NCBI GenBank assembly: GCA_902526045.1
Contig: CABZJI010000001.1
Coordinates: 395,900-459,899 of the forward strand
Length of the DNA: 64,000 nucleotides
Direction of reading: 5' to 3'
Origin: an uncultured SAR86 cluster bacterium
Lineage (GTDB): Bacteria > Pseudomonadota > Gammaproteobacteria > Magnimaribacterales > AG-339-G14
In this document: piece after piece, positions 45,692-55,657 of the stretch
Layout: every line of letters begins with the position of its first letter
How positions within the stretch are numbered: the first letter of the stretch is position 1
Position numbers and translations under genes: made by a program
Notes under the pieces: generated by a model
The model's input: only the letters and a program-made list of their open reading frames with translations
Database searches by the model: none
Told to the model about the DNA's origin: nothing

Positions 45692-47836
45692 ATGCAGAAA
45701 TTAGCCTTAATTCTTTTTTTTATAAGTTTATTGTCGTGCGAGCAGTTGAGCATGAATGATAATAATAATCTGAAATCAATTTATCCCATGACTAAAAAAG
45801 TTAATACTTCTGATTTATACTTTTCAAAAGAAATTCAAGATCCATATAGATGGCTTGAGGATGATCTGGATAAAGAGACAAAGAGTTGGATAGAAGATCA
45901 AAATCTCTTTACTGATAAATACTTCGAAAGTTTAGGATTCAAAGAGCAAATAAAAGACGGATTAAAACAAATTTGGGACTATGAGAAATTTTCTTCGCCC
46001 TTCAGAGAAGGAAATTACATTTATTTTTTCAAGAATAGTGGCCTTCAAAATCAATCAGTACTTTACCGAAAAGACTCTCAAGGAGTTGAGGAAGTCTTTT
46101 TAGATCCTAACTCGTTTAGTGAAGATGGAACTATCTCATTATCTGATATAAGTTTTAGTAAAGATGGAAGTGTTGCTGCTTATGCAATTTCTGAAGGCGG
46201 AAGTGATTGGAGGAAAGTATTTTTTTTAGATACAGAAACCAAATCATTGTTATCAGATTCTCTAATCAACGTTAAGTTTTCTTCATTAAGTTGGAAAAGC
46301 AATGAGGGTATCTACTATTCAACTTACGATGCTCCTGAAGGAAGTGAACTAAGTTCTTTGAATAATGATCATAAACTTTATTTTCATAAATTAGGAACTT
46401 CTCAAGAAAAAGATCAAATTATCTTTGGAAACAAAGCTGAACAAAAAAGAAGATATGTTTCATCCTCTGTAACAGAGGATCAAAATTACCTAATCATATC
46501 TGCCGCAAATTCTACATCTGGAAATGAGCTCTATTTAATAAGTCACTTAGATGAGAATCTAGAAATTAAAACTATAAATGACGATCTTTCTATCGATGTT
46601 TATTTATTGGATAGTCTAGATGACGAACTTTTTTTAGTGACTAACAATAATGCTGATAATAAAAAAATTGTTTCAGTTCAAGCCACAGAACCTTCTTTAG
46701 ATAAATCGGAAGATTTAATCCCAGAACAGGATTCTGTAATGAGTCCAAGCTCTTCAGGAGGATACATATTTGTAGAGTTAATGCAGAATGCAATTTCAAA
46801 GACTTTTCAATATGATTTTTCTGGAAAGCTCATTAGAGAAGTCGATCTACCGGGTATAGGCAGTGTTTCTCCAATCTCAGGGAAAAGAGGGGATGACGAA
46901 CTTTTCTATTCTTTCTCCAACTACCATACACCTCCCACAATCTACAGCATCAATCCTAAGAACGGTAAATCAAAAATTTATTTCAAGCCAAAGATAAATT
47001 TTGATCCTGAGAAATATATATCGGAGCAGGTTTTTTATACCTCTAAAGACGGAACAAAAGTTCCAATGATCATCACATATAAAAAAGGTTTGAGTAAAAA
47101 TGGCAAAAACCCAACAATTCTTTATGGATATGGAGGTTTTAATATTTCTCTCACTCCAAATTTCAGCAGTATTATGGCTTATTGGTTAGAAAAAGGCGGA
47201 GTTTATGCAGTTCCAAATATCAGAGGAGGTGGAGAATATGGGAAGAAATGGCATCTATCTGGCACAAAAATGAACAAGCAAAATGTATTTGATGATTTTA
47301 TCTATGCTGCAAGATTTCTTTTTTCAGAGGGCTATACAAAATCAGAAAACTTAATTTTGAGGGGAGGTTCAAATGGAGGTCTTTTAGTTGGTGCTGTTAT
47401 GACCCAAGAGCCTCAGCTTGCAAGAGTTGCTCTCCCTGCAGTGGGTGTACTAGATATGCTCAGGTATCATAAATTTACTGCCGGTGCTGGCTGGGCATAT
47501 GATTATGGTACATCGGATGAAAGTGAAGAGATGTTCAACTATCTTTTGTCTTATTCACCATTACATAATATTAAAGACGAAGTCTCTTATCCTGCCACAT
47601 TGATAACAACGGGAGACCATGATGATAGGGTAGTCCCAGCTCATTCCTACAAATTTGCTGCAACGCTTCAAGAAGCTAATTCAAGTGAGAACCCAATTTT
47701 GATTAGAATAGAAACTAAGGCCGGTCATGGTGCAGGAACACCTACCGAAATAATCCTAGATTCTTACTCAGAGATATTCTCTTTCATTTTATTAAATGTA
47801 GAAAATAACTTTCTAAAAAAGGAAATTAGTCCTTAA
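45692..47836 (+). CDS. Prolyl oligopeptidase (S9A), predicted lipoprotein
   Basis: DPYRWLED, YGYGGFN, GGSNGG (Ser), HDDRVVPAH (Asp), AGHG (His); N-terminal LLSC lipobox. Confidence 0.93.
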   Translation: MQKLALILFFISLLSCEQLSMNDNNNLKSIYPMTKKVNTSDLYFSKEIQDPYRWLEDDLDKETKSWIEDQNLFTDKYFESLGFKEQIKDGLKQIWDYEKFSSPFREGNYIYFFKNSGLQNQSVLYRKDSQGVEEVFLDPNSFSEDGTISLSDISFSKDGSVAAYAISEGGSDWRKVFFLDTETKSLLSDSLINVKFSSLSWKSNEGIYYSTYDAPEGSELSSLNNDHKLYFHKLGTSQEKDQIIFGNKAEQKRRYVSSSVTEDQNYLIISAANSTSGNELYLISHLDENLEIKTINDDLSIDVYLLDSLDDELFLVTNNNADNKKIVSVQATEPSLDKSEDLIPEQDSVMSPSSSGGYIFVELMQNAISKTFQYDFSGKLIREVDLPGIGSVSPISGKRGDDELFYSFSNYHTPPTIYSINPKNGKSKIYFKPKINFDPEKYISEQVFYTSKDGTKVPMIITYKKGLSKNGKNPTILYGYGGFNISLTPNFSSIMAYWLEKGGVYAVPNIRGGGEYGKKWHLSGTKMNKQNVFDDFIYAARFLFSEGYTKSENLILRGGSNGGLLVGAVMTQEPQLARVALPAVGVLDMLRYHKFTAGAGWAYDYGTSDESEEMFNYLLSYSPLHNIKDEVSYPATLITTGDHDDRVVPAHSYKFAATLQEANSSENPILIRIETKAGHGAGTPTEIILDSYSEIFSFILLNVENNFLKKEISP

Positions 47837-48143
47837 GACATTTTCCCGAATACAATTTAGTTAGATGAGTTAACCTAGCGTTAATAGAATCCTGATTTTT
47901 TTTAGCTTGTTGTTCATTCACAATTATTCCAGGCCAAAAGAAGAAACCAAGCGCAACATTATCCCCAGTGGCTCCTGATTCAGATTTGACCTCCTCAAAT
48001 TTTGCTCCAAGGTTAGTTAATTCCATATTTAGTTGGGCGCAATTCATATCAAAATCGCCAGCTTGTACAGTCTGGACGGTTTGATTAGAAACACATCCTG
48101 CAATCATAAACAAACTTAAAAAAATCAATGGAATTTTTTTCAT
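47826..48143 (-). CDS. Small uncharacterised lipoprotein (start corrected to ATG 48143)
   Basis: MKKIPLIFLSLFMIAGC signal peptide with lipobox, two further Cys, GFFFWPG segment; 105 aa. Confidence 0.8.
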   Translation of the reverse strand: MKKIPLIFLSLFMIAGCVSNQTVQTVQAGDFDMNCAQLNMELTNLGAKFEEVKSESGATGDNVALGFFFWPGIIVNEQQAKKNQDSINARLTHLTKLYSGKCLKD

Positions 48144-48166
48144 ATAGAAATAATAACATCTTTTTT

Positions 48167-48515
48167 TGGTGGAGGCGGCGGGTATCGAACCCGCGTCCAA
48201 CTAACTCTTACCTTCAGATCTACATGCTTATTTCATCAATTTTCTTTTACTTCCATGGCCCGATGAAAAGGGATTAGAAGAGTAAGCTCAGAAAAGTCTT
48301 GTCAAAATGTGTCTGAGCAACACATTTCAAGCATTCTACTAGTCGACTTCGCTTATCCCTTAGTAGAAGTCAGGGTAAGGAAGCTAGCTTAATTATGCAG
48401 CTAGTGCGTAGTTGTTTTTGCCAACTAATTGTTTTGAGAACTGTTTAACGAGAACTTCTCATTCTCGACATGCACTTTAGGTTCGAAAGAAAGATGTCTA
48501 ATCCTGTTCGCCCCC
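48167..48515 (-). ncRNA. ssrA: tmRNA
   Basis: GGGGGCG/CGCCTCC-A-CCA acceptor stem with G3:U, T-arm GGTTCGATACCC, internal tag ORF ending YALAA* (48422-48393); adjacent to smpB. Confidence 0.96.
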
Positions 48516-48546
48516 AAAAAAAGCTAGTAATTGTATCTAATCATTA

Positions 48547-49014
48547 TCAGTTAGAAAAATTTTCTAAAGAAGATTTTTCTTTCCTCCACTCCTTATTTTT
48601 CAACGAGTGTCTCTTATCATATTTTGATTTACCTCGAGCCACATAGATTTTTACTTTGACTAAATTATTTTTCCAAAAAATTTTTACAGGGACGCAACTT
48701 AATCCTTTTTCATTTGTTTGCTTAAAAAGCTTAGATAACTCTGATTTGGTGAGTAAAAGCTTTCTAGATCTTTCTGATGAGACCTCATAAGTGATTTCTT
48801 TCGTAGGGAGAATCTTCAACCCAATAATCCATGCTTCTCCATTTTTTAAAACAACGTAAGCATTTTTGAATTCTATCTGTCCATTTCTTATACTTTTTAC
48901 TTCCCAGCCCTCCAAGGAAATTCCTGCTTCAAAATCATCTAAAAGCTCATAATTAAATCTTGCTTGACGATTTTCGATTGTCGGTCGCAAGTTCCTTTTT
49001 TTGGAGTTATTCAT
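48547..49014 (-). CDS. smpB: SsrA-binding protein (start likely ATG 49014)
   Basis: ENRQARFNY, EAGISLEGWEVKS, RSRKLLL, ARGKSKYDKR. Confidence 0.96.
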   Translation of the reverse strand: MNNSKKRNLRPTIENRQARFNYELLDDFEAGISLEGWEVKSIRNGQIEFKNAYVVLKNGEAWIIGLKILPTKEITYEVSSERSRKLLLTKSELSKLFKQTNEKGLSCVPVKIFWKNNLVKVKIYVARGKSKYDKRHSLKNKEWRKEKSSLENFSN

Positions 49015-49062
49015 TGATATAGTATATCTATTAAGCAATGATTCTTTTAGAGACGTCTACAA

Positions 49063-50406
49063 ATGGCAAATAATTCAAAAATCTGGAAAGGCAATTGGAC
49101 TTTTATCCTAGCTGCAGCAGGATCTGCTGTAGGGCTTGGAAATATTTGGAAATTTCCCTACATGGCGGGTGAAAATGGAGGGGGAGCATTTGTAATGATT
49201 TATTTAGCCTGCATCGTATTAATTGGATTTCCTGTGATGATGTCTGAGATTTTCTTGGGCAAATATGGAAGATCTAGCCCAGTTTATACAATGAAAAAAT
49301 TTGTTTCTCTCAAAGGAATTTCTTCGTATTGGGTTTTGCTAGGTTGGTTTGGTGGCTTAGCAGGTTTAATGATCTTATCTTACTACAGCGTATTTGCAGG
49401 AATTTCTTTGGCTTATATTTTCAGCCCAATTCCAGCTGATTCAATGAATCCTTCTCAATATTCTGTTGATTTTTTTGCTCAGTTTCAGTCCTCTCCAATG
49501 AGGATGATCTTTTGGCATAGCCTTTTTTTGATTTTGACTTGCATCATAGTGGCTAGGGGAGTGGTTGATGGAATTGGGGCTACTATTAAAGTAATTATGC
49601 CAACGTTATTTTTTTTGATAATTCTTTTATCAATTTATTCGTCATTTACAGGAGAAATTGAAAAAGCTATCAGTTTTCTTTTCATGCCGGATTTTTCCAA
49701 GATTTCGTCTAGCGTAATTATAAGCGCTATGGGTCAGGCTTTTTTTACTCTAAGTTTAGGCATGGGAGCAATTATGGCTTACGGAGCATACATTCCTGAG
49801 GAACAAAACTTAACCAAAACTGTAAGCTTGATAATTTTTCTGGATACTTTTGTAGCTATTATTGCTGGCATAATTATCTTTCCAATAGTATTTGCTAATC
49901 CAGAGCTCACGCCAACCGCTGGCCCATCATTATTTTTTGAGACTTTACCTGTAGCTTTTTATGGAATTCCTTTTAGTTTTTTTGCTTCTGCCTTATTTTT
50001 TATTCTTGTTTCTTTAGCTGCTTTGAGTTCATCTGTATCTTTAATTGAGCCCGGTACAGCTTGGATGGAAGACAGATTTAAAATTTCTAGGACTTATGCA
50101 GTAATTATACTTGGATCCACTGCTTGGCTATTGGGACTTGGAAGTTTGCTCTCTTTCAATATAATCGCAGACTTTCAAATATTTTCTATGTCATTTTTAG
50201 ACTTTATGGACTTTTTAACAAATTCAATCATGCTGCCATTAGGCGGACTATTTATTGCTTTGTTAGTTGGATGGATTCTTGAAGAAAATTTTGTCAAACA
50301 AGAGATGAAGATTAAAAATGAAATTTATTGGAAAATTTGGATATATCTGACAAGGTACATTGCCCCAATTTTAATTGGATTGGTCTTTATTTTTGCTCTC
50401 TTCTAG
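49063..50406 (+). CDS. Sodium-dependent transporter, NSS/SNF family
   Basis: GSAVGLGNIWKFPY, GGGAF, GQAFFTLSLGMG; many TM segments. Confidence 0.95.
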   Translation: MANNSKIWKGNWTFILAAAGSAVGLGNIWKFPYMAGENGGGAFVMIYLACIVLIGFPVMMSEIFLGKYGRSSPVYTMKKFVSLKGISSYWVLLGWFGGLAGLMILSYYSVFAGISLAYIFSPIPADSMNPSQYSVDFFAQFQSSPMRMIFWHSLFLILTCIIVARGVVDGIGATIKVIMPTLFFLIILLSIYSSFTGEIEKAISFLFMPDFSKISSSVIISAMGQAFFTLSLGMGAIMAYGAYIPEEQNLTKTVSLIIFLDTFVAIIAGIIIFPIVFANPELTPTAGPSLFFETLPVAFYGIPFSFFASALFFILVSLAALSSSVSLIEPGTAWMEDRFKISRTYAVIILGSTAWLLGLGSLLSFNIIADFQIFSMSFLDFMDFLTNSIMLPLGGLFIALLVGWILEENFVKQEMKIKNEIYWKIWIYLTRYIAPILIGLVFIFALF

Positions 50407-50706
50407 ATTATTAGTCCAGGAGGCAAGCCTACCTGAATCAAAATTAAGGGTGAAGCTAGTTTTGCCTAAAAGCTTTTCACCATGAATAATTTGTCGATAA
50501 TACTCCCATCTATCTCTTTCCAGAGGATCACGAATTAAAGGAGTTCCCATGATGAAATTAACCTGTGCTTCTGTCATTCCAACTTCTAATTGTTGGATCA
50601 TTTCGTCTGTGACTAGGTTTCCTTGAGGGACAACTACCCTATAGAACCGGTCTCCACAAGAAATTGTTACAAGCCCTATTAAAATTAATAATATTGAATT
50701 TTTCAT
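50371..50706 (-). CDS. bamE: Outer membrane protein assembly lipoprotein BamE (start corrected to ATG 50706)
   Basis: Lipobox TISC, QGN, GMT..QV.F.MGTP, RWEY; divergent from fur as in omlA-fur loci. Confidence 0.9.
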   Translation of the reverse strand: MKNSILLILIGLVTISCGDRFYRVVVPQGNLVTDEMIQQLEVGMTEAQVNFIMGTPLIRDPLERDRWEYYRQIIHGEKLLGKTSFTLNFDSGRLASWTNNLEESKNKDQSN

Positions 50707-50716
50707 ATGAATCCCA

Positions 50717-50724
50717 ATTATAAT
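50717..50724. promoter_or_regulatory. Palindromic -10 ATTATAAT, likely bidirectional promoter for bamE and fur
   Basis: TATAAT on both strands in a 37-bp spacer. Confidence 0.55.
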
Positions 50725-50743
50725 AGGGAATAAAATTATTAAA

Positions 50744-51169
50744 ATGGTTGAAGATAAAAATATAAGAGAGGCAGGATTAAGAGTCACACTACCAAGAGTG
50801 AGGATTTTAGAAATATTCGATCAGTCTAGCGAGAGACATTTAAGCGCTGATGATGTTTATAAAAAAATATTGGATTCAGGGGACGAAATTGGATTAGCCA
50901 CCGTTTATAGGGTTTTAACTCAGTTTGAAGCCGCAGGAATTTTAGTTAAAAGAAATTTTGAATCTGGACACTCAGTTTATGAACCAGTTTCAAATCCAGA
51001 TTACGCTGAACATCATGATCACATGGTGTGCATCAAAACTGGAAAAGTAATTGAATTTAATGATGAGACTATTGAGGAAATTCAAAAAAAGATTGCTGAC
51101 TCTCATGGATATAAGTTAATTGATCATAATTTGGTTCTTTACGTAGAGCCGAATGAGGAAAATGAATAA
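50744..51169 (+). CDS. fur: Ferric uptake regulator
   Basis: GLRVTLPRVRIL, HLSADDVY, IGLATVYRVL, HHDHMVC. Confidence 0.96.
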   Translation: MVEDKNIREAGLRVTLPRVRILEIFDQSSERHLSADDVYKKILDSGDEIGLATVYRVLTQFEAAGILVKRNFESGHSVYEPVSNPDYAEHHDHMVCIKTGKVIEFNDETIEEIQKKIADSHGYKLIDHNLVLYVEPNEENE

Positions 51170-51710
51170 AAAAAAAGATTCTGAAAATTCAATTGATGAA
51201 TGTTCAACTGATGAAGAAATAAAAGATAATCTTGAAATAGAACAAGATTCATCAGCAGACGAGGAAGATGCTCTCCTTGAAGAGAAGATTTCTTTACTAG
51301 AAGATCAAATTTTAAGACTCCAAGCCGAGATGATTAATACTCAGAAGTCAGCTCAAAACGATATAGCGCGTGCAAGAATATTTGGCTTAGAAGCATTTAT
51401 GAAAGATTTACTTTCAGTAATTGATAATCTCTTCAGAAACCTAGATTTCAAATCGGAAGATAATACTATCCCAGCAGATGGATATGAATTAATTTTGAGA
51501 GAATTGGAAAACGTTCTAGGTAAAAATGGAATAGTTCTCTTAGATCCATTGGGAGAAGAATTTGATCCAAAATTGCATGAAGCCATATCTACTTCAAATG
51601 ATAAAAATAAAGGAAACAATATTATTTTATCGGTTACACAAAAAGGCTGCACGTTAAATGACCGTCTTATAAGGCCTGCTCTTGTAGTAGTGAATAAAAT
51701 TCCACATTAA
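51162..51710 (+). CDS. grpE: Nucleotide exchange factor GrpE (start 51162 or 51153)
   Basis: LRLQAEM.N, DLL.VIDNL, GEEFDP.LHEAI, QKG..LNDRLIRPA.V.V. Confidence 0.95.
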   Translation: MNKKKDSENSIDECSTDEEIKDNLEIEQDSSADEEDALLEEKISLLEDQILRLQAEMINTQKSAQNDIARARIFGLEAFMKDLLSVIDNLFRNLDFKSEDNTIPADGYELILRELENVLGKNGIVLLDPLGEEFDPKLHEAISTSNDKNKGNNIILSVTQKGCTLNDRLIRPALVVVNKIPH

Positions 51711-51763
51711 GCTTGTTTTTTCCTAAAAAAGCCATACTTAAGGGATAAAAGGAGATAAATGTT

Positions 51764-53686
51764 ATGTCTAAAGTTATAGGAATAGATTTAGGAACTACTA
51801 ATTCTTGCGTTGCTGTAATGGAAGGTAACCAAGCAAAAGTTATTGAAAATTCAGAAGGGGCAAGGACAACACCTTCTGTTGTAGCATACACGGATGAGAT
51901 CCTCGTTGGACAAAGTGCTAAAAGGCAATCTGTAACGAATCCAGAAAATACTCTTTATGCTATTAAAAGACTAATAGGAAGAAGATTTGAAGATGATGTT
52001 GTCTCAAAAGATAAAGATATGGTGCCTTTCAAAATTATTAAAGCGGATAACGGAGACGCCTGGGTCGAAGCAGATGGAAAAGGTCTGGCTCCTCAACAAG
52101 TTTCAGCTGAAATTCTTAGAACACTAAAGAAAAGAGCTGAAGAATATCTTGGACAAGAAGTAAAAGAGGCAGTTATTACTGTTCCAGCTTATTTCAATGA
52201 TTCTCAACGTCAAGCTACCAAAGATGCTGGAAAAATTGCTGGGCTTGAGGTCAAAAGAATTATTAATGAACCGACAGCTGCGGCGCTTGCTTTCGGTCTA
52301 GATAAGAAAACTTCTGATCAGAAAATTGCTGTTTACGACTTAGGTGGGGGGACATTTGATATATCTATAATTGAACTAGCTGAAGTCGAAGGAGAAAAAC
52401 AATTTGAGGTTCTTTCAACAAACGGAGACACATTTCTAGGTGGAGAAGACTTTGATGTAGCAATAATAGACTATTTAGTTGATGAATTTAAAAAGGATCA
52501 AGGTGTCGATTTAAAAGCTGATCCTGCCGCTCTACAGAGATTGAAAGAAGCTGCTGAAAAAGCAAAAATAGAATTATCATCAAATCAGCAGACTGAAATT
52601 AACCTTCCTTATGTAACTGCAGATTCTTCGGGACCAAAACATTTGCTATACAAAATTACCAGAGCAAAATTTGAATCGCTAGTATCAGAACTGGTGGAAA
52701 GAAGTATTAAGCCTCTTGAGATTGCTATGAAGGATGCTGGTTTGTCTCCATCTGATATATCTGATGTTATTTTAGTTGGCGGGCAAACTAGAATGCCTCT
52801 TGTTCAAGAGAAGGTTAAGGACTTTTTTGGAAAGGAACCAAGACAGGACATTAATCCTGATGAAGCCGTTGCCATGGGCGCCGCAGTTCAAGGTGCAGTT
52901 TTGGCAGGAGATGTTACAGATATTCTTTTATTAGATGTAACTCCATTAACGCTTGGGATAGAAACTTTAGGTGGCGTTGCTACTCCATTGATTGAGAAAA
53001 ATACAACTATTCCAACCAATAAATCACAAATTTTCTCAACGGCAGAAGATAATCAAACTGCTGTGACGGTTAACGTAGTTCAAGGTGAGCGAAAGCAGGC
53101 TGCAGATAATAAGCAATTGGGTCTTTTCAACCTAGATGGTATTGCTCCAGCGCCAAGAGGCATGCCGCAAATAGAAGTAGCTTTTGACATTGATGCTAAC
53201 GGAATTCTAAATGTTTCTGCAAAAGATAAGGCAACCGGCAAAGAGCAAAAGATTACTATTCAGGCTTCTGGAGGATTATCAGAAGAAGAGATAGAAAAAA
53301 TGGTTACAGATGCTGAAACGAATGCTGATAATGATAAAAAATTTGAGGAATTAGTTAATGCTAGAAACACAGCAGATACTCTTATTCACGGCTGTAAAAA
53401 AACTTTGGAAGAATCTGCAGATAAAGTTTCCGATGATGAAAAATCATCTATAGAAGCTGCCATTTTAGATTTAGAGGAGGCTCTCAAGGGGGACGATAAG
53501 GACAGCATAGAGGAAAAAACTAAAGCTTTAACGGATGCTTCCTCAGCAATGGCACAAAGACTTTATGCCGAACAACAACAAGAATCTCAGGCAACCGATC
53601 AAGCAGGTGATAGTGATAACAAAGGATCAAATGAGGAAAACGTTGTTGATGCTGATTTTGAAGAAGTAAAAGAAGAATCTAGATAG
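51764..53686 (+). CDS. dnaK: Chaperone DnaK
   Basis: [34 protein letters not shown]. Confidence 0.99.
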   Translation: MSKVIGIDLGTTNSCVAVMEGNQAKVIENSEGARTTPSVVAYTDEILVGQSAKRQSVTNPENTLYAIKRLIGRRFEDDVVSKDKDMVPFKIIKADNGDAWVEADGKGLAPQQVSAEILRTLKKRAEEYLGQEVKEAVITVPAYFNDSQRQATKDAGKIAGLEVKRIINEPTAAALAFGLDKKTSDQKIAVYDLGGGTFDISIIELAEVEGEKQFEVLSTNGDTFLGGEDFDVAIIDYLVDEFKKDQGVDLKADPAALQRLKEAAEKAKIELSSNQQTEINLPYVTADSSGPKHLLYKITRAKFESLVSELVERSIKPLEIAMKDAGLSPSDISDVILVGGQTRMPLVQEKVKDFFGKEPRQDINPDEAVAMGAAVQGAVLAGDVTDILLLDVTPLTLGIETLGGVATPLIEKNTTIPTNKSQIFSTAEDNQTAVTVNVVQGERKQAADNKQLGLFNLDGIAPAPRGMPQIEVAFDIDANGILNVSAKDKATGKEQKITIQASGGLSEEEIEKMVTDAETNADNDKKFEELVNARNTADTLIHGCKKTLEESADKVSDDEKSSIEAAILDLEEALKGDDKDSIEEKTKALTDASSAMAQRLYAEQQQESQATDQAGDSDNKGSNEENVVDADFEEVKEESR

Positions 53687-53702
53687 ATTCTTATCATTTC
53701 TA

Positions 53703-54782
53703 ATGAGTAAACGAGACTACTATGATGTTTTGGGAGTCTCCAAATCCTCTTCAAAAGATGAACTAAAAAAAGCTTATAGAAAATTAGCCATGAAATATCA
53801 TCCGGATAGAAATCCAGATGATCAGGAGGCTGCTGATAAATTTAAAGAATTATCAGAAGCTTATGAAATTCTTTCAGACGATCAAAAAAGACAAGCTTAC
53901 GATAATTTCGGTCATCAGGGGGTAAATTCTCAATATTCAAGTGCACAAGGTGCAGCGGACGCCTTTAGCGATATTTTTGGAGATATTTTTTCGGATATTT
54001 TTGGAGGATCTTCAAGAGGTAGAACGAGATCAAGCGGCGGAGATCTAGCTTACAATTTAAGCATTTCTCTTGAGGAAGCCGTAAGAGGAACTGAAGTTAA
54101 TCTTCAAATTCCATCAAAGGAAAGATGCACAGGTAAGTGGTCTACTTGTTCTTATTGTTCTGGAGCAGGAGTTGTAAGAATGCAACAAGGTTTTTTTTCA
54201 ATGCAGCAGACCTGTCCTCAATGTAGAGGCGAGGGAGAGATTCATGATCCTAATTGTAATATTTGTCACGGTCAGGGATATATCAAAAAAGAGAAAACTT
54301 TATCTGTGAAAATTCCAGCTGGAATTGATTCTGGGGATAGAATAAGACTTTCAGGAGAGGGTGAATCTGGGCATGGAAATAATCCTAGCGGAGACCTTTT
54401 CATTACAGTAGAAATTGAGGAACATAAAATTTTCCAAAGAGATGGAAGACATCTTTACTGTGAGATACCAATTAATTTTATTGATGCAGTTCTTGGCGGT
54501 GATGTGGAAGTTCCTACTTTGGAAGGCAAGGTTAAATTAAAAATTCCTTCTGGCACCCAAAGTCATAAATTAATGCGTTTAAAAGGTAAAGGTATTAGAC
54601 CGATTAATGGAGCTTCAAAGGGAGATATTTTAGTTAGGGTAACGATAGAGACTCCTGTCAACATAACATTGGAGCAAAAAAAACTTCTAGAGCAGCTTAA
54701 AGAATCATTCGATAAAGACAGAAATTCACCTAAAGAGAAGTCTTGGTTTGAAAATGCTAAAGATTTTATGACAGGACAATGA
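53703..54782 (+). CDS. dnaJ: Chaperone DnaJ (first zinc-finger repeat truncated)
   Basis: J domain with HPD, DIF repeats, three intact CxxCxGxG repeats, C-terminal domain. Confidence 0.97.
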   Translation: MSKRDYYDVLGVSKSSSKDELKKAYRKLAMKYHPDRNPDDQEAADKFKELSEAYEILSDDQKRQAYDNFGHQGVNSQYSSAQGAADAFSDIFGDIFSDIFGGSSRGRTRSSGGDLAYNLSISLEEAVRGTEVNLQIPSKERCTGKWSTCSYCSGAGVVRMQQGFFSMQQTCPQCRGEGEIHDPNCNICHGQGYIKKEKTLSVKIPAGIDSGDRIRLSGEGESGHGNNPSGDLFITVEIEEHKIFQRDGRHLYCEIPINFIDAVLGGDVEVPTLEGKVKLKIPSGTQSHKLMRLKGKGIRPINGASKGDILVRVTIETPVNITLEQKKLLEQLKESFDKDRNSPKEKSWFENAKDFMTGQ

Positions 54783-55498
54783 TTAAATTATTCATATGCG
54801 GTATATCTGGAAGACTAGGCTCAAGCATTGTTAATGAGATAAAAAAATCTTCAAGTATCCACTTAATTGGAGGTTTAGTCAGCGGTATGAATAATGCTTC
54901 AAAAATAAACTCCAGCTTGCAAGGGATAGATATCATTTCCGACTTGAATGCGCTTCACGAAGCCGATGTTGTCATTGATTGTTCAACTTCATTTGACTTA
55001 ACAAAAATTAAAGAAAAATGCGAAGAAATTGGAGCAAGCTTAATTGTCGCTTCAACTGGAAAAGGAGAACTTTCTGAAATTTTTAAGAAAAAGAGTCTGT
55101 CTATTCCTGTCATAGCAGCACCAAATTTAAGTTTTGGGATTGCTTTTTTAAACATCCTGCTGGCTCATGCTTCTGAAAAAAGACTATCTATAAAAAAAAT
55201 CAATATTGAAGAAACTCATCATAATAAGAAAATTGATACTCCATCAGGTACTGCTTTAATGCTGAAGAAGGAGTTGAAAGATTTATTTAAATTTCAAGAT
55301 ATTGAAATCATTTCAAATCGAGATGAATCTTCTGTAGGAACGCATAAGATTAATTTATATCTTGATAATGAGATTTTATCATTTGAACATAAGGCGCTGG
55401 ATAGAAATGCATTTGCCTTTGGAGCTGTTAAATTAATAGAATGGATTCACCGCAAAACTCCTGGGTTCTATTCATTGCATGATACAGTGAATAATTAG
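54779..55498 (+). CDS. dapB: 4-hydroxy-tetrahydrodipicolinate reductase
   Basis: [39 protein letters not shown]; follows dnaJ. Confidence 0.93.
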   Translation: MIKLFICGISGRLGSSIVNEIKKSSSIHLIGGLVSGMNNASKINSSLQGIDIISDLNALHEADVVIDCSTSFDLTKIKEKCEEIGASLIVASTGKGELSEIFKKKSLSIPVIAAPNLSFGIAFLNILLAHASEKRLSIKKINIEETHHNKKIDTPSGTALMLKKELKDLFKFQDIEIISNRDESSVGTHKINLYLDNEILSFEHKALDRNAFAFGAVKLIEWIHRKTPGFYSLHDTVNN

Positions 55499-55518
55499 TT
55501 TTCCTTTATATTCAGTTG

Positions 55519-55630
55519 TGATATAAAACACTCGCGAAAGCTTAAAAATACACTTGGATAAATCAAGTATTTGGGTGCTGCTTTGCTTCGAAGCAGTTAA
55601 ATACTTGGTCCAAAGTTAGATTAACCCGGC
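55519..55630 (+). promoter_or_regulatory. rpsB extended -10 promoter and S2 (t44-type) leader RNA
   Basis: TGaTATAAA (55519-27) resembles the enterobacterial rpsB promoter. The leader has ACAC...GGGTGC-hairpin...TAACCC elements and the CAAGTATTT/AAATACTTG helix. Confidence 0.65.
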
Positions 55631-55657
55631 CTCGTGCCTAAAACAAAGGAGCTTTAT

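Noticed and set aside
45623-48166. Possible integrative element at the ssrA 3' end
   Set aside because: No integrase and no duplicated ssrA 3' end (att site) found near rpsT or the peptidase
48144-48200. ORF-track N-terminal extension of the lipoprotein (MDAGSIPAAST...)
   Set aside because: This is the tmRNA T-arm and acceptor stem; the signal peptide starts at 48143
51712-51737. Possible sigma32 promoter before dnaK (CTTGTT...GCCAT)
   Set aside because: Weak match to CTTGAA/CCCCAT and short spacing; not supportable
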